Source of the DNA: Lama glama
Taxonomy: Eukaryota
Assembly: GCA_028534125.1 (NCBI GenBank)
Contig: CM052816.1
Span: 84,570,001 to 84,634,000 of the forward strand
Reading direction: 5' to 3'
DNA: 64,000 nt
The notes beneath the pieces are model-generated. The model made no database searches. It saw only the letters and a list, made by a program, of their open reading frames with translations, and had not been told where the DNA came from. Below are positions 13,701-24,900 of this stretch, piece by piece. Each line of letters starts with the position of its first letter. The stretch's first letter is position 1. The position numbers were made by a program, and so were the translations under genes.

Positions 13701-15548
13701 AACCACACTTTATACTTCAAAGAACCAGAAAAGTAAAGAAAAACTGAGACCAATGTTAGCAGAAGGAAGGAAATAAAGATCAGAGTGGAAATAAATGAAA
13801 TAGAGATCAGAAACAAAATCAAAAAGATTAATGAAGTTAAAAGCTGGTGGGGTGTTTTTAAAAAAAAAGAAAGGATAATTGACAGACCTTTAACTAAACT
13901 AACCTACAAAAATATGGAAATAACTGAAATAAAATCAGAAATGAAGAAGAGACATTACACCAAATGAACAGAAATACAAAGGATCCTGAGAGACTACTAC
14001 GAAGAATTATATGCCAAAAAACTGGATAACCTAGAAGAAATGGATAGACTCATAGAAACATATAACCTACCAAGACTAAATCATTAAGGAATAGAAAAAT
14101 CTGAACATTATCAATAACAAGTCATGGGAGAAATTTTCACATATTGAGGAATAATCTGTTTTGTAGCCTATTAAATATACATTGTATATATGCTTTAACC
14201 ATTAAATAAAAAGGGCACACTGCCCAGAAGTAAAGAATGTCCATTTTGAAGATAGAAATGCCTCCCTCCCTGGGACATCAATGCTAGTACTCTTTAGATG
14301 ATAAGGTTCACTTTCCAAGCGCCAAGGCCATACTGACTCGCTATGTGGTTGGTGATCTGTCTTTTTTGAAATCTTGAAGGAATGTACCCCTGTCACGTTT
14401 GATGTTCTAGGTTTGTTCTGGCAAGACACAAAACTGGGCTGACAGCCAAGCTTTTTTGGAACAGTTCCTCAGAGCTATCTGAGAGGCTGTCTCTCCCACT
14501 ACAGTCCTCAGTTTAGCTTGAATCAAACTCTCTTCTATTCTTATTACCAATTGGCTATTGATTATTTCCGTCAACACAAGTAAAGAGATAAAATCAAAAA
14601 CCTCCCAGTACAGAAGTCCAGAACCAGACTGTTTCAGTGGTGAATTCTACCAAACATTCAAAGAATACCAGTCCTTCTCAAACCCTTCAAAAAAACTGAA
14701 ATGGAGAAAACGCTCCCAAACTGATTTTGAAAGGCTGGCATCACTCTGTTACCAAAGCCCAATAAGGAAATTACAAGAAAATAACAGACCAATATCCCTG
14801 ATGATTATAGAGGCAAAGATTATCAAGAAAATATGAGCAAACTGAGTTCAACAGCACATTCAAAGGATCATGTATCATGATCAGTGAAATTTATCCTTGG
14901 GCTGCAACGAAGGTTCAACATATGCAAATAATAAATGTGATGCACACTATTAATAGAATGAAAGATAATCATCTGATCATGATCATCTCAACATTGCATT
15001 TAAGTTTTGCTAAATGCTGAAAAAAATTTAACAAAATACAACATCCTTTCATTATTAAAAAAAAAAAAAACCTCAGCAAATTGGGTATAGGAGGAACATA
15101 CCTCAACAAAATAAATGCCATATATGACAAACCCACAGCCAACAGCATACTCAATGCTGAAAAGTGGAAAGGTTTTCCTCTAAGGTCAAGACTAAGACAA
15201 GGGTACCCATCCTCATCACTCCTACTAAACATAGTACTGGAAGTCCTAGCCAGAGTAATTAACCAAAACAAAGAAAGAAATAAAAGGCATCCGAGTGGGA
15301 AGGAAGAAGTAAAAGTGTCTTCGTTTGCAGATGATTTGATCTTATATATAGAAAATAACGAAGATTCTACCAAAAAACTGCTAGAACAAAACAACAAATT
15401 CAGTAAAGTCGCAAGATACAAAATTAACATACAGAAAACTGTTGCTTTTCTACACTAACAACAAAACATGAGGAAAAGAAATAACGAAAATCTCATTCAA
15501 AAACAATAATACTTGGGAATAAATTTAACCAAGAAGGTGAAAAACCTC
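13701..15548 (+). mobile_element. LINE-1 ORF2 fragment including degenerate RT core, interrupted by a solo LTR
   Basis: ORF 15081-15458 has L1 RT motifs ([37 protein letters not shown]). Also SPEPDCFSGEFYQTFKE and NRPISLM at 14.6-14.8 kb. Disrupted by stops and frameshifts. Confidence 0.95.
14122..14576 (+). mobile_element. Solo ERV LTR (ERV1-like) nested in L1
   Basis: L1 homology breaks at 14121 and resumes at 14577. A 4-bp TSD CAAG lies at 14118-14121 and 14577-14580. The insert ends in ...tcaaCA and has an LTR-like R/U5 ('tgagaggctgtctctcc...agtcctcag'). Confidence 0.85.
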
Positions 15549-18124
15549 TTTCTCTTATCTGTTTTGTCAAAATGGATCTTTCCATCAAAAAAAAAAACAA
15601 AAAAACTCTCCCTCGCTTGCACAGGGAATTAACTTTTCACAGTGGTAACTTTATATTCATTGGAAGTAAATTCCAGACTCTTGTTTTGCAGTCCTTTTCT
15701 TCATATTTTGCCTTCTCTTGAGAAACTTTGGAGATTAGGTAATATAAAAATATTTTTCTATCATTATGTGTATAGTCTGAAAATATCTAGTACAAAAAAG
15801 TCTGTATTTTCTAAAAATACTAAAATGTAACTTTTCCATAATTTTTCCTTATTAGAACTGTATCTCAGAAGAAAAATTTTAATAAAGAATTGGTAATGGC
15901 CTTCCTTCCTAGGTAAGAAGAATAAGTATATACCTAGAGATTTTGGTGTGAAGTAAAAAATTGTAACAATTTTTGATACAAGAACAGATTTATTTTTTTT
16001 AAAAGAGTCCAGGTAGTATTCCTCATAAATAGGCAGTTTTTTCAACAATTAGAGTAATTTCATTTTAGTTTTAAAATATTGTATGTATTGTAATTGATTG
16101 TATTGTAACTTCATCATGTTAACACGTTACTTTAGTTGATATATTATATACCTCTACATATTTAGTAAAGCAAAAATAGACATTTTAGTTGCATTTTATC
16201 TTTCATAACAATAGTTATAAACTAGATTTGTGTATGTCTAATCACACAGACAACACGCACACACACCAACACATTAAAATTAAATAGTATATTAAGGTTA
16301 AATCAAAGATAATAAATATTAAAAGAATAATTTAAAAATACAAATTGAGATTACAATGCAAACATAAAAGGTGAGATAAAATCATATCTACTTGTCTCAG
16401 TTTATCTTGCTTTCAAATGATGAATACAAAAGAAATAATAAATTGTCTAAAATAAAATTAGTTTAATGTTCATAGACTTATCTGTATAAGCAAAGCTTAT
16501 GAATAATTTATTCCAAATTATTACATGGCGGAATCACAAAAAGTAAATATAAAATTTGCATTTGTTCCTGAAAAGCGACCAAGATTTTTCTGCTCAAAAA
16601 CAGTTATTTATTTTAATCACTATATTATTCTGTTGGTGCTCAAAATATTTGGCCTATTCCTGATTGATCTGTATCAAAAATTTCTTATTAAAAAACTTGC
16701 TAATGATCAATTTTGCTTGTTTTGGTTTATTTTCAGAATTTGTCAGGCACTACTTCTTGCCTTTAGATACTGATTTTCATTTTTACCTTGTATCTTCTCA
16801 CAATTTCTTGATTTTGTTAATGACAAATTAAATCTTTAGATTCAGAATAATTAAATATTTATTGACCACTGAATCCAGTCTAGATGGAATAAGCCTGCTA
16901 CAGCCCACCTGTCTTCCTGGTCATAACTACAAACTCTGGAAAAATTTTAAATAACTGCTTAAGAACTTGTAAAAGTAAACAAAAGCCAGCAGAGATAGGA
17001 AAGAGAATGAAAACTTGAAGAAGTAACTCATACAGAAGTAAGCTATGCAGCTTTATTTGTTCTTTGTTTAGGTTTTTGGCTTTGTTTTGTTATTTCTTTT
17101 CCCAGCACCCTCTGGTGAGATCCTAGCAGAGTAAACTTCCAAGAGAAACATCTATTTCGGCCAAAGAACTAAGAAAAATGTCCCTGTGCTCTGGACAGTT
17201 TAGGGAGAATATCCTGTTTTGGCTGTTTTTTTTCCCTGGAATCTTCGCCAGTTTATACAAAGATAGACACCTTCACTTTTTGAAAGGAAGGGGAGAAAAA
17301 CTCATTATGTTTGCTTAGTATTCTGTAAATTTAATTAATTCAGATCTCATGTGGTGCTCTTTCATTTTTTCAAACTTAAGAAAAAAAATCAACATATTTA
17401 AATGATTGTAAGTTTTAGGAATATATAGTCAAGTTCACGCACGAGGAACAGTACAAAGAGTTTGCTTGGATGTCTGCAAAGCTTACCACTACCAGGAAAC
17501 TGTCTCACTAAATCTTACCAAGGTACTGTGTCTGCCCTCAAAAGCTCCTGAAGATAATGGCTTCTCTTTTAACTGTAACATTTTATTCACATAATCCTCT
17601 CATTGACAAAATTTAACCTGAAACCAAGTATGGGAGGGGATTCTGGGAAATGCAGTTGGCTGCTTTAGATAAGAGTAATTACGATTCTGCATTTTAATTA
17701 TTTAAACAAGAGTAATATAGCATATCAACACTTCATTAATGATAACCCTTTCCCCAAAGATTTCCTAGTAGTTGGAATTTATCATGGATGAGCTGACGAC
17801 TTCCTTAAAAATAATTTAATGTGATTCAATTTGTAGAGTATTTTTATGCTTTGAAAATATTTATTATACCAAAAACAAAAAACTTTGCAACAATTTCATA
17901 AATCAGTGGGCTATGGATATGACTAAACAAAAATTAGCTACTTTTCCCCAAAAGTTGTTTATTAACTTTTCTATACTTTACTTCATTTAAATCACAATTA
18001 TAATTTTAATATTATACAGTTTCTCAAAATTAAATTATAATTTAAGAATTCAGGGATTATCACCATCACTGAAATATATACATATATATATAATATTTTA
18101 CACATGTCTCCTCCAAAATTCATA

Positions 18125-18127
<3 letters not shown>

Positions 18128-18160
<33 letters not shown>
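18128..18160. repeat. (AT)n microsatellite
   Basis: Perfect dinucleotide run. Confidence 0.97.
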
Positions 18161-18164
<4 letters not shown>

Positions 18165-21159
18165 GTGTAAATATTGTATTTACTTTTTATATTTCTCCAA
18201 ACTCAATGCTCAGGTATAATTAATAAGCTTCCATGATTATTTCTATTTGTTCTTTTATTTAAATTAAATTATTTAAATTGCAAGTTATAACTGTATTTTC
18301 TGCAAATTAGAAATTAAATACAGAAATTTCTTTAAATTATATGTAATTTATTAAAATAAGTTATATAATCAAACTATTTAAATTACAATATAAATTTTAA
18401 TTTTAATTATAATTAAATTGTTGTTTAAATAATAGATTGCATAGTCTTAATTTTCTTTTATTTACATTACATATATAACAGTTTGCCTATCTAAGTCAGT
18501 ACATACAGAAGGATGAAAATTTGGGGGGTCAAAATAGTATTCAGTATTCTATTATTAACATACTCTACTGTAACTAATCATTTTTTGTATAGGCATTGAG
18601 TTGATTCATTCTTTTCTTTAAGTGTTGCGAAGTACATATTGATAAATACATCTATCTATATTTGGTAAATTTACAGAACACTGATCAATAAATCTTTTCA
18701 TTGAATGGAGTCTCAAATTAATGCAGAGTTATGGAATTAAAATATAAACACATTCCTAACATAATTTACCTTATTCTCTGTAAGCGGAGAAACTAAGGAT
18801 CTGGAAGAATATGACTTGCCAAAAACACAACAAAAGTAAAAATAAAAAATAAGAGCTCACGTTTTCATTGTCTTTACTCAATGACAAACATTCTCTAAGT
18901 GTTTACAACTTCTTTACATTTATTACCTCAATGATAGGCATGCTATTATTAACCTCACTGACGGTGGACAGAATTGAGCGGCAGACAAGCAGAACCAAGC
19001 AGCAGTCATGGTAATGTTAGTAACAGCCACAGCTGTGGCAATAACTAACAATTATACAGTGCTTACTATGTGCCAGGCCTTGTTTTAATAAATTTATTCA
19101 GTTATCTAATGAAATAAAAATGATTATTATGATTATTTTACAAGGAAATAAGTGAGGCTCCATCCTAAACATGCTTTTATAAGATATGTACTAGCATATG
19201 GGTCAGTTACCATATGTTACTCACATCATCAACATTACTGTCCAGAGAGGACACATATTTACTCCTTCATTTAATGAATATTTCCTAAATAACTAGTGTA
19301 CATATAACCACTGTTGCTTGGGGCTTTTGAACCCCTTTCTCTTCATTCTATATAAAGATGTCTATAAGAAGACGTATTAAAATTCTCTAACAGTTAATTA
19401 CTTCCATGAAGATTCTATCCAAATCTACACAATTTTTAATTAGCCATATTACGTTATCTAATTTATTGATATTCATATTATGCATAGTGCTGTACATATG
19501 CACATACAGTTTACTGTAGAACATAAACAACATAAGTATTAACATCAGCGCTTTCGAGTCGTTGAAATATGTAAGTCTAATGAGAGATTCTCCTCATTTC
19601 AGTTTTTTCCTTTATCAACCTCATAGGAGCTCCTAATGGAGATATATACAATATACTTTAATTAGATTCCAATCCACTATTTTATTCTAGAAAAGACGGA
19701 AATTCAGTTGGAGTCTCTAAGTTATGTGTACCTTACAATACTTTTATTGCTAACTAAAATCAAACTAAGGAAAATTCACTGTACCATGAATTTTGTTGAC
19801 CTCAAAGAAAATTCTCTCACATAAGTTTAGGTTTTCTTAAAAGTAAATAGTACTTTAGTGTCGAAGAAATAAATTTTATTCGGAGAGAAAAAGTTAGTCA
19901 CCAAAGTATTTATGACATGAAAATGTGATAAAATAATGACAGATTGATGTGAAAAAGAGGGATTATGCAAACACAGAAAGTATCTTCCACCATATGTTTG
20001 TGTAATGAAGCCAGAAAATCATTCAAATTGTTTTAGCTAAAAGGAAGGCATTGTATTTAAAGTAAATATTCCTTGTTTCAATTGAAATAGTTCAACAAAC
20101 TATTTTAGGTATTACTATTTACCAAGTACTGTGGCTGTAACTTGGTATATAAAATTGTATCATTTAAGATGTTTAAATCTAGGTAAAAATATAATTATAT
20201 TAAAAATTATGAGATAATTTCAATACAGTCATATAAGTTTTAAGAAAGTGAAGGGAATAAAGTAGTTAAGGAAGAAGTAATTCATCCAATTTATTGCTTT
20301 GTTTTTAATAGCTAACAGAGAGATGTTTGTCACATGCCATTCGTTCAGATGAACAACCTACATTTCTTTTCTTGTTTAATCCTCAGTGTGAATCATCATG
20401 GGAATCAATTACTATAATTATTGCTATTTTGTAATATCCTTATTTTGTAATGAGGCATATCAGGCTTTGAATGGTTTGATGTCTTTTCCATGGTTCCACA
20501 GCTTGTGAAAAGTGTAGCCAAGATTATAACCCACAGTCATCTAACCACAGAGTTTACGGAGATGACATGTGATCCAAATCTGAAGTATGAACTATAATTA
20601 CTTTGAGTGGAGAGTGATAGAGTTGTGGACTGGGCTTGTTGTGTTGATTGTGATGCTGATGCAAATGGTGTGTGTGGGGTTGAGTGTTAAGTTAAAAAAA
20701 AAAAGCACATAATAGTATAAAATAGTCATTTCAGGAAATGTATAAAGACATAAATTACGGTATCCTGTGCAGGAAAGTAAACATGCTCTTTATTTGAACA
20801 TGAAAGTATTGTAAGAAGATCAAGTTTGAAAGTTGGGTAGTTAGAAATAAAATCGGCAATTGTGGAGTAAACATATCAGAGAAGCTCCTACATCAATTTC
20901 ATGAAGCTTGCTATTTTCCTGAAGAATACAGGAAATAACTGGAGTGCTTGAAGACAGGTGGTGGAGCAGTCATATTTGTGTTTACAGCTCATTCTTCCTT
21001 ATGAAGAACGGATACTTTATTAAGTTTATAAAGATATAATTTACACACATTAAAATGCACCTGAATGTATACACTTGCATAACTCCATCACCCAAAATGT
21101 TCCCTCACACCCCTTCACAATCAAACTCACCCATCTTCAGCCCCAGATAATCAATCATC

Positions 21160-21400
21160 TACAGTAGCCAAACCTTGGAATCAACAAACACAAATCTCTA
21201 TCATCAGGAGATTGGATAAACAGATTAAAGTATACTTATGCAATGGAACTTTTTTAGTAATAAAAAAGGATCAACCATGATGCATGCAGTAACATAGAAA
21301 AATCTCAAGAACATTATGTTGCAAGAAAGAAGCCAGGCACAAGAAAACACGTTTACATGAAATTTCCAAACAGCAAAACTAATTATAGAAAACACATCTG
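21160..21400 (+). mobile_element. Ancient L1 (L1ME-like) 3' fragment
   Basis: 'agtagccaaaccttggaatcaac...ggagattggataaacag...aatctcaagaacattatgttgcaagaaagaagccaggcacaa' resembles old L1 3' regions. Confidence 0.65.
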
Positions 21401-21839
21401 TAAGCACGCAGAAGTGCTTAGGTAAGGAGACTGTTTAGATGGTTTGTTAAGAAAAGTCTTAATTATGGAGGTAAAAATAGTTTTTTGTTAAGTAGAATTG
21501 GGTTATTAAATTTCCTGTACTTGTATATTACAACTAAAACTTTAATAATAATTTTAAAATACACTGTTTTGGAAATTAAGATACCTCAAATTCAGATTTA
21601 AATTTTAGTTCTGTCATGTATTAATTGTAAACTCTTTAGAAAGTTATTGTATCTTACTGAACTTCAAAATCCCATAACCAACGTTCAAGATAACTTTTCT
21701 CCTTGAGCTTTAGTAATTATATAATGGCCTGACATATTAAAGAGCTTAATAGAATATCTGGCTCATGGTAAACTTATTTCAAGTGAAGGGTAGGTAGATA
21801 TTATTTCAGTACTCATCTTATGAAAAAAAAAATTCTTAC

Positions 21840-23290
21840 CTTTTCACAAGCTGAGAAGATACCTGCTCAGTCATGACTTGAGCACAGGTGACCCTTCCCT
21901 CCTCAGTCTCTGCCTGGCCCGATGCTGTGACCGCAGCGTGAACAGCGGGGCCAGGACAGGGCGGGTGGCAGGTGCTTGGGCTTGGAGGACGAGATCCAGC
22001 GAGAGATCCAGCTTGGGGGCAGGTCGGCGGGCACCTTGTGGCCCTCACGGTCGACTTTGGTGAGGTGGTGGTCCAAGACAGATTCTTCATTATCCAGCAG
22101 CCCGTCCCGGTCTACATCGGCTAGGTTCAGGACCTTGCTCAGCGCCGTACCTAGCGGCAGGGACTTGTCTCCTACTTAGCGTTGGCACCTGATCTGACCG
22201 CTGAAAGGTGGCAGCTTGTTGATCTCGTTGTAGGTGGGCTAGTTCCTGCCCACCACTCGCTCAAGGACATCAGTGTCCTCACCAGCCCCCTCGCCACAGT
22301 CACGCCCAAAAAGCCTGATCTGGGAGCCATCCAAGGCACGGCCCTTCACCGCCTGGGCGGGCATCGCGGGCTCCACCAGGCACACGGTCGCGGTCCGCAC
22401 GGCGATGCCACCGACCGGCATACCGCCCACTGTGCCAGCAGCTTGGGCTTCCAGGCCTGGAACTTCAGCGCCACGCTCTCCTGTCCCACGGGCCTGGACA
22501 ACTTCTGACTTCTGAGAACTCCTTGAAGATGGTCACTATTCAGGTGTCAAAGAGCAGGGTGACGTGGTGGACAGGCCACTCGGGGGCCGCCACAAAGACG
22601 TAACCTTCCTGAGGCGCTATTTCTCTCCAGACCCTCCCTCTCCGGGAGGGCCGGAGACGCGCCTGCAGTCCAAGGCCGGCCGGGCAGCTGAGCACACCTG
22701 AACCTGCCGAGGAATCCGCAGGGAAGATGCTGAGCGTGTGGAAGCGGCGCCACAGGCCCACGACGAGCGCGCGGCCGGGAACCGCGTCCTTGGTGAGGCT
22801 GTCCGGTGGTGACAGTGGTGTGCTCGGCTGATGTGCATCCCCAGGAAGCGCTTCTTCACCAGGTGCCTAGTGCAGGTGGTTGGGCCTGTACTGCCCCAGC
22901 CCACGAGGTGGGATTCAGAGTCCTCCAGCGCCGGTGACTGCAACTCGTGGAGTTAGGTACACTGCTCTTCGGCGGGAGCGGTACTGCTCCTCCAGGAGCA
23001 GCAGCTTCTGGGAGGCCAGTGGGCGCAGCCCCCGCCATCATTTGGAACAGCTCTGGCTCCTTCTTGTGGCGGGTGTCCTTGCTGACCCCGCTGAACGTGC
23101 TGCGAGAGACACGGACGGCTGCGGCTGCGCAGACGCGCGGCTGAGAGCGAGCGGGAAGACGGCCCAGAGCCAAGGCGGGAAGGGCCGCGGGCGCAGGCTT
23201 CCGCAGGGCGGGGGTCCTGGGAGCGGCCGGCACTGCGCGTGCGCGCCGCGAGGCCGGCGGAGGCGCCTGCTTCTGGGCGGATAACGTGCT
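21840..23290 (-). pseudogene. EHD1: Processed pseudogene of EH domain-containing protein 1 (EHD1): 5'UTR-like part, disrupted CDS, short proximal 3'UTR
   Basis: Minus-strand frames give TFSGVSKDTRHKKEPELFQ (EHD1 MFSWVSKDARRKKEPELFQ; ATG appears as ACG at 23098-23096), QKLLLLEEQY, SPALED, GWGSTGPTT (degenerate P-loop GQYSTGKTT), LLFD, FQAWKPKLL, GEGAGEDTDVLERVVGRN and DVDRDGLLDNEE...HLTKVDREGHKVPADLPP (EH domain). There are no introns at the recalled EHD1 exon 1/2 and 2/3 junctions (~22703, ~22604). Frameshifts and stops are present (TGA 22540-22542, TAG 22239-22241). Confidence 0.93.
21900..23290. promoter_or_regulatory. CpG island coincident with the EHD1 retrocopy; densest at 23.1-23.3 kb
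   Basis: About 29 CpG counted by eye in 23101-23280. GC boxes at 23206-23213 and 23275-23280; NRF1-like TGCGCGTGCGC at 23234-23244. Flanks are strongly AT-rich. The composition is seen directly; promoter activity is inferred. Confidence 0.7.
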
Positions 23291-23619
23291 GAGATGGAGG
23301 AGTTTTTTCATAGGGAATTGGAGAGTTTCCCTTAAAAGAACAAGGTAAATGCGTCTGCATGATCTTGTAACATCTACCCTTTTCTTTAGGTGCACGTTGT
23401 GTGGTGCCAGGAGGAGGTGTCTCTGCTTTCACCAACTTAGGTGATAGGAGTCAAGTGTGTAATTGAGAAGATCATTTTTTGAAAATCTGCACTAAAGTAA
23501 AATTCTGGAGTTAATAAAGACCAAAGAAAACATTATAACTAAGTTTTCAGACTTTATGGTGATGTTATTCAAAATGTGAGGCTGTAACTAGGAGAGGTTA
23601 GCCTTAAGAACTAGTCAGG

Positions 23620-23784
23620 AACTGAATAGCACAGGGAACTATCTTCAATATCTTGTGGTAACGTGCAATGAAAAAGAATATGAAAAGCAATATATATATG
23701 TACATGTATGACTGAAACATTATGCTGTGCACCAGAAATTGACACAACATTGTAAACTGGCTATACTTTAATAAAAAAAAAAAA
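23620..23784 (+). mobile_element. Young, 5'-truncated LINE-1 3' end with poly(A)
   Basis: 'atagcacagggaactat...tgctgtgcaccagaaattgacacaacattgtaaactggctatactttaataaaaaaaaaaaa'. Similar flanks (aagaactag / agaaactag) are a probable TSD at a TT/AAGA site. Confidence 0.88.
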
Positions 23785-24618
23785 GAGAAACTAGGTAAAG
23801 AAAACATACCTTTATATATGAGATAGTTTATAATCTAGTGCATTTATGTCTTAATTTATCATATTGACCCATTGATGTTTAATAGACAAGGTTTGGTAAT
23901 TTACTATTTCAAAGTATTTTAAAATGGAACTTGTAATAATGTATTAGCTCAGACTCAGACCAAAAAAGTGCCTTTACTGCCTTCATCAGATGGTCTGTGT
24001 TGGGATACACATTACGTGAGATCTTTGAGATGCTCAAGTTTAGCTGAATATCAACAATGGACTATTTCACTGCAAAGGATCAAATATTTTGTTTCCTTAT
24101 AATCCCAACTAAATTATTTTGTTCTGAAAGAAACTGATCAAGTAGAATCAACCACTTATAAATCTTGCTCTCATTTATAAATTTCTTCCGTTTTCCTGTC
24201 ATGGAATACAGTAAAGCTATGAAGTCATAGGTGTTTAATTTTAATACACATTAAAGTTTTATAGCACATGATGGGATTCTTCTTATGTATTTTTGCATTT
24301 CCCAGAAATGACTCAGTGATATTATTTTTAGTGTGCCCATAAATAGCTAATGAACATTCAATGAACCATTAAGAGAAAAAGTACTTCCCATTGCCCCTAA
24401 TAGCTTTTTATCAAAATATAATGAAATGGAAAATTGACAGTCCAATGTGAGTTTGATACAAAATTGGAATGCAAAACACACTGTCAGTTCACATGAAAAA
24501 TAATAATGTGAAATGCCACTACATGACCATTTGATTGCATTGACCCTATTCATAAATAAGACTATTGTTCTAAAAGCCCAGAAATGACATTTATGCTATG
24601 TAAAATGTGAATATAGTC

Positions 24619-24668
24619 TATTTTTTCACTGAAGTATAGTCAGTTTACAATGTTGTGTCAATGTTTAA
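24619..24668 (-). mobile_element. Very short L1 3' tail insertion
   Basis: The reverse complement of 'ttttttcactgaagtatagtcagtttacaatgttgtgtcaat' matches the end of the L1 at 23.7 kb. Flanked by gtgaatatagtc / gtgaatatattc. Confidence 0.8.
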
Positions 24669-24721
24669 GGTGAATATATTCCAAACCAACTCTCAGAATA
24701 TGAAGAATTATCTTAGATCAA

Positions 24722-24900
24722 AGTTGTGCCATGGAACTTTCTTTAATGATAGAAGTGTTCTATAATTGTCTAACATGATAGTCACTAGCCACAGGTAGCT
24801 ATTAAGCACTTGAAATGTGATTAGCATGACTGAGGAATTGCCTTTTACATTTGAATTAATCAAAGTTCAATTTTAAATAGTTATACGTGGCTGGTGTCTG
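24722..24900 (+). mobile_element. MER3-like hAT MITE
   Basis: 'gaactttct..aatgatagaagtgttctata...gtcactagccacaggtagctattaagcacttgaaatgtg...tgactgaggaattg' follows the recalled MER3 consensus. Confidence 0.8.

Noticed and set aside
15081..15458. Reverse-transcriptase ORF as a retron, DGR or other novel RT system
   Set aside because: It is an ordinary L1 ORF2 RT fragment (FADD motif) embedded in degenerate L1 sequence.
21878..23284. Cluster of + strand ORFs over the GC-rich block
   Set aside because: Antisense shadows of the EHD1 pseudogene with no recognisable protein similarity.
23345..23389. Mini-intron between GTAAAT and ...ctttag
   Set aside because: At 45 nt it is below the usual minimum for mammalian spliceosomal introns.
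22856..23395. 179-aa minus-strand ORF (ATG at 23311) as a functional EHD1 retrogene or de novo gene
   Set aside because: Only ~20 codons are in the EHD1 frame before a frameshift. The rest is 5'UTR-derived or out of frame, and long ORFs arise easily in GC-rich DNA.
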